From Xylella taiwanensis (lineage in GTDB: Bacteria; Pseudomonadota; Gammaproteobacteria; Xanthomonadales; Xanthomonadaceae), in contig NZ_CP053627.1 in NCBI RefSeq assembly GCF_013177435.1, positions 990,001 to 1,022,000 on the forward strand: DNA of 32,000 bases. The letters are read 5' to 3'. A model generated the notes under the pieces. The model was not told the origin of the DNA and made no database searches. It saw only the letters and a list, made by a program, of their open reading frames with translations. Below, piece by piece: positions 29,108 to 32,000 of this stretch; the stretch's first letter is position 1; each line of letters starts with the position of its first letter. The position numbers and the translations under genes are program-made.

Positions 29108-29857
29108 CTATACGAGCAACGCGCGCAGGTTGTCGCGGATGATGCGAGCCAGGTCGCTCGCAGGCCGTCCATGCAAACGGCCCAGTGCCTCCACTACGCT
29201 TGCTACATCAGCCGGTTGCGAAGGTCTGTCGCCAGTGCGGGTGAAGGGGCCATCGGTTTCCGTCAGCAGCCGATCCAAGGGGATTGCTTGCACCAGCGGC
29301 GCGTGCCTCTCATGGCCCAGCATTCTGGCATTGATTGAGAAGTAGCAGCCCAGCTCCAGCGCACGCTTTGCCTCGGTTTTGGTTCCGGTGAACCAATGGA
29401 GAACAATTTTCCCGCGCTCGGGCGGCAGATGTGTCTCGACAAGATCGAGCACCGCCTTAGCCGACCTGATGCTGTGGACCGTGATGATCTTGTCGCCGGC
29501 CTGCGCACAACGCTGCAACACGTGCTGGAAGACACGCTGCTGCGCATCAAGCGACTTGAAGTACCGAGGGCCGGCGTCCAACCCGACTTCGCCAACATAA
29601 CGCGTCTCCGCGAGATACCGATCCCACAACTCGATCTCGCTTTCACGCTCCGCGACCAATTGCGGGTGCAGCCCCAGCGCTGCTCGAACATGCTTTGTGC
29701 GCTGCGCGAGTGCGTGATTGCGGGGCCACGCGCGCGGAGTCGTCGTTACGGCCAGGGTGAACACGCCGGACGCCTCCGCATCCTGGACCGCCGCCGCATG
29801 ATCCGGGTAGAGATCAAGGTGGCAGTGGAAGTCCACCAGGTTTGCAGAGGCGATCAT
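29108..29857 (-). CDS. qatD: TatD-family metal-dependent hydrolase/DNase, QatD-like
   Basis: The ORF track starts at 29974, overlapping qatC by 104 nt. In-frame ATG 29857 lies 13 nt after the qatC stop, with AGGA upstream, and gives MIASANLVDFHCHLDLY. TatD motifs: HCH (29819-29827), GEVGLD, ITVHSIRS, VLHWFTG, LLTETDGPF. Confidence 0.8.
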   Translation of the reverse strand: MIASANLVDFHCHLDLYPDHAAAVQDAEASGVFTLAVTTTPRAWPRNHALAQRTKHVRAALGLHPQLVAERESEIELWDRYLAETRYVGEVGLDAGPRYFKSLDAQQRVFQHVLQRCAQAGDKIITVHSIRSAKAVLDLVETHLPPERGKIVLHWFTGTKTEAKRALELGCYFSINARMLGHERHAPLVQAIPLDRLLTETDGPFTRTGDRPSQPADVASVVEALGRLHGRPASDLARIIRDNLRALLV

Positions 29858-29870
29858 GCACGCATCCTGG

Positions 29871-31235
29871 TCAACCTGGTCTGGCTTCAACACCGTCGAT
29901 GAGCCGTGCGACTTCGTCAAGGCCGCGCCGGTAGACATCGGCAAGCTGATCCAAGTGTGCGGCTTCATCGGCAAGCGAGCCGGGCTTGTGGATCAAGAGG
30001 TTCGCGAGCTGAGGCTTGCCCTTCAAGCGCTCGATCGCGTACTGGAACGATCTGACCTGCACTCCTGTCGCCTGGCGTGTGTCCAATGGCTCCGCGTGAA
30101 GATCGGGTACGGTGTACGTCGTCGGGTCGTTCCCCGTACCCCATGCGGCTGTCAACGCTGCGCGACGGATCAGACAGGGCAGGCAATAGCCACATTGCTC
30201 AATACTACGTCCTAGCCATCTGACCTTGGCGGGAGATGAGCACGACAACGCATCTGTTGCCAGCGTCTTCAAGAGATCTGGGTTGCGGCAGGCGGCGGCC
30301 ATCTCGCCCTTCGTCTTGTCCCAGTAAGGGTTCCGAATCGTGCCGTTAATGCCGAGTGCGACGAGCAGGTCGTTCCACCTCGCTATGTAATACGGATGCG
30401 TGGTGCGGGTGCTGTTTGATCCCAAGCGCAGCGGATCCAAAGGCACATTCAGCGCGATCAGCCCATTTTCGGGGACACGCAGGACGAAACGCTGCCCAAG
30501 CCCGGTGCCCGCGAACACCCCGAGAGCGAAGCACAGGAACGACCTGCCGCGGGTGCTGTTCTCCTTGTCACCGTCTTCCACAAGGCCATCGGCAAAGGTC
30601 ATGTTGACCCGCAGTCGTTCGAATGAGGTGTTGTAATGTTCTTGCAGGCTTTTGGACAATCTTTCCTGTGCCTGGCTTGTCGCGCCCTCGCCGCAGTGGC
30701 TGACCAGTAGAGGCGTGGCGCCGTCCTCCAACAGATCAATGGCCCCAATCAAGCTGTCTAATCCCCCTGAGAACAGGCTGATGGAATCAAAGAGCGGAGC
30801 GATCAAGTCCAGAGACGTTGCTTGGGCAAGCGTCGCGAACTGATCTGGACGTGCTCTGAACACGATCGTCCAGAGATCACCCGTCAGGAAGTCCAGCGAC
30901 TGCTTCAGTAGCGCTGCTGCTGCATTCCAACGCACGGGATCACTGACTGGCACGACCAGCCGTATTTCGCGCGTCCACGCGTCCTGCGAGTGCTTGGTAC
31001 GAGAGATGCCTGTGTCTGCTGCGTGGATATGGGCCGCCAGGATCAGCAGGTCAATGCCGATCTCCGAGGGAAACACACCGAGGTTCTTCAAGCGAGTCAG
31101 CGCATGACCGATGCCATGCGCTAAGGATTTATCCTTGGAAACGAGTAGCACGTAGGTGCTGTGTTCGTCGACACCCGCCGTGACCTTGAAGTTGTCATCA
31201 GGACCGAAGTGGCCCGCCAAGAGGTGTCGCTTCAT
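29871..31235 (-). CDS. qatC: QueC-like PP-loop ATPase with N-terminal extension, QatC-like
   Basis: 454-aa ORF. The PP-loop SGGLDS is at aa 156-161 (nt 30753-30770, checked by hand). The Cys cluster CGYCLPC is at aa 348-354 (nt 30174-30194), as in the QueC zinc site. The start overlaps the upstream stop (ATGA, 31232-31235). Confidence 0.8.
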   Translation of the reverse strand: MKRHLLAGHFGPDDNFKVTAGVDEHSTYVLLVSKDKSLAHGIGHALTRLKNLGVFPSEIGIDLLILAAHIHAADTGISRTKHSQDAWTREIRLVVPVSDPVRWNAAAALLKQSLDFLTGDLWTIVFRARPDQFATLAQATSLDLIAPLFDSISLFSGGLDSLIGAIDLLEDGATPLLVSHCGEGATSQAQERLSKSLQEHYNTSFERLRVNMTFADGLVEDGDKENSTRGRSFLCFALGVFAGTGLGQRFVLRVPENGLIALNVPLDPLRLGSNSTRTTHPYYIARWNDLLVALGINGTIRNPYWDKTKGEMAAACRNPDLLKTLATDALSCSSPAKVRWLGRSIEQCGYCLPCLIRRAALTAAWGTGNDPTTYTVPDLHAEPLDTRQATGVQVRSFQYAIERLKGKPQLANLLIHKPGSLADEAAHLDQLADVYRRGLDEVARLIDGVEARPG

Positions 31236-31960
31236 TGATCCGCCTCCAGATCGGCCAGGGTGTGCAAGATTGCAAATGCAGACGCGTACAGCGCATCGAC
31301 GAACCCTTGAATGCGCTCGGGCGTGAGATTCGGCGTTTCCGCACGGGCCCGCGTCAGCGCGTCGCTCACCCCACCCCGGATGAAGTCGCGCAACTGCTGT
31401 TCGACGCGGTGTGCAGCTTGCGTGTCCGCTGGCATGGTCACAGCCTTTGTCCCAATGTCGTTGTAGATGCGGGCTTCTATCGCGTGGGTGGCATACAGCT
31501 CGAAGACTGTCTGCATTTGATCCGGCGTGCAGGTGTCCAGATCGGTAAGCCCTTCACTTATCAGTTCGTCGATGGTTTCAAAGTACGCCTCGCGGGGGAT
31601 GCCTGCATCGACGGTGCCCGCGCCTGGGCAGACGTAGTCGGCCAGACCAATGAGGATGCCCGTGAGTGGGCGTCCGGCTAACGACTCCAGGTCCAGCGCT
31701 CGTAGCGCCTCGCGCACCCCCCTTGCTTGTGCATCGGCCAGAAAACCAAGCAACCGTGCCCCCGCTCCACGCGAGGCGCCCATACGTTGCGCCGCCTGGC
31801 GCGCGCCGCCGGCCGATGTTGCAACGTATGTTGAGACGGCGCGGCCCAGGTTGACACGGTCGCTGCCACCCGAAGCGGCAAATCGCGTGAAGCTGTTGCG
31901 CGCATCGGAGAAGCGTCGCGGGTCTGCCGTTGCGGGCATGGGTGGCCGGTTCGGCGGCAT
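31232..31960 (-). CDS. qatB: Protein in the QatB position of a Qat-type operon (start uncertain; frame stays open to the window edge)
   Basis: 242-aa ORF from ATG 31960. It is assigned by position only (immediately upstream of and coupled to qatC); I do not recognise a domain. The same frame has no stop up to base 32000 (...AAPPGNGAAPDNV-M), and neither ATG 31960 nor ATG 31939 has an SD. Confidence 0.45.
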   Translation of the reverse strand: MPPNRPPMPATADPRRFSDARNSFTRFAASGGSDRVNLGRAVSTYVATSAGGARQAAQRMGASRGAGARLLGFLADAQARGVREALRALDLESLAGRPLTGILIGLADYVCPGAGTVDAGIPREAYFETIDELISEGLTDLDTCTPDQMQTVFELYATHAIEARIYNDIGTKAVTMPADTQAAHRVEQQLRDFIRGGVSDALTRARAETPNLTPERIQGFVDALYASAFAILHTLADLEADQ

Positions 31961-32000
31961 GACGTTGTCTGGTGCTGCGCCATTGCCAGGAGGGGCGGCA

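Larger units (their letters stand above)
25901..32000. mobile_element. Left part of an integrase-associated genomic (defence) island abutting the guaA 3' end; probably immobilised
   Basis: The integrase pseudogene begins 280 nt after the guaA stop. Everything downstream is non-core (Qat-type genes, an unrecognised ORF). Spot GC counts are somewhat higher than in the core (see findings). The right boundary is not in the window. Confidence 0.55.

Noticed and set aside
29858-29974. Upstream 39 codons of the TatD-like ORF, overlapping qatC by 104 nt
   Set aside because: The TatD fold begins at the HCH motif, a few residues after Met40. ATG 29857 lies 13 nt after the qatC stop, with an AGGA upstream, and removes the long overlap.
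29396-30636. Plus-strand ORFs (168, 119, 83 and 78 aa) within the qatD/qatC region, and the 101-aa alternative-frame ORF at 31678-31983
   Set aside because: They are antisense or out of frame relative to genes with strong catalytic motifs. The region is GC-rich enough to keep all frames open, and none has a recognisable motif.

Overview
The window looks like a gammaproteobacterial chromosome. My guess is Xanthomonadales, Xylella-like, based on gene content, synteny and roughly 50% GC; I ran no search.

Bases 1-25,900 are conserved core:
- The 3' end of a BolA-family gene.
- A five-gene exported-glycan locus: a GH144-like lipoprotein, a CUT1 ABC binding protein, two permeases, and a 1054-aa discoidin/(alpha/alpha)6 protein.
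- On the minus strand: a TraB-family gene, aguB, aguA, a small exported protein and a type-B L36 gene.
- On the plus strand: cmk, rpsA, ihfB, lapA, lapB, a GT4 (WecA/WbpL-like) gene, a CapD/WbpM-like gene and galU, followed by folD, guaB and guaA.

The character changes directly after the guaA stop:
- A heavily decayed P4-type integrase pseudogene (26181-27353).
- A possible Xis/AlpA remnant.
- An unrecognised reading frame of about 420 codons, split by a single in-frame TGA (27774-29036).
- A minus-strand operon matching the last three genes of the Qat anti-phage system: a QatB-position ORF, a QueC-like QatC (SGGLDS PP-loop, CGYCLPC cysteine cluster) and a TatD-like QatD (HCH motif).

The operon runs off the window edge, so qatA is expected beyond 32000. 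I recognised no tRNA, rRNA, CRISPR array or IS element. All family assignments come from reading the translations and recalling motifs, not from database searches.
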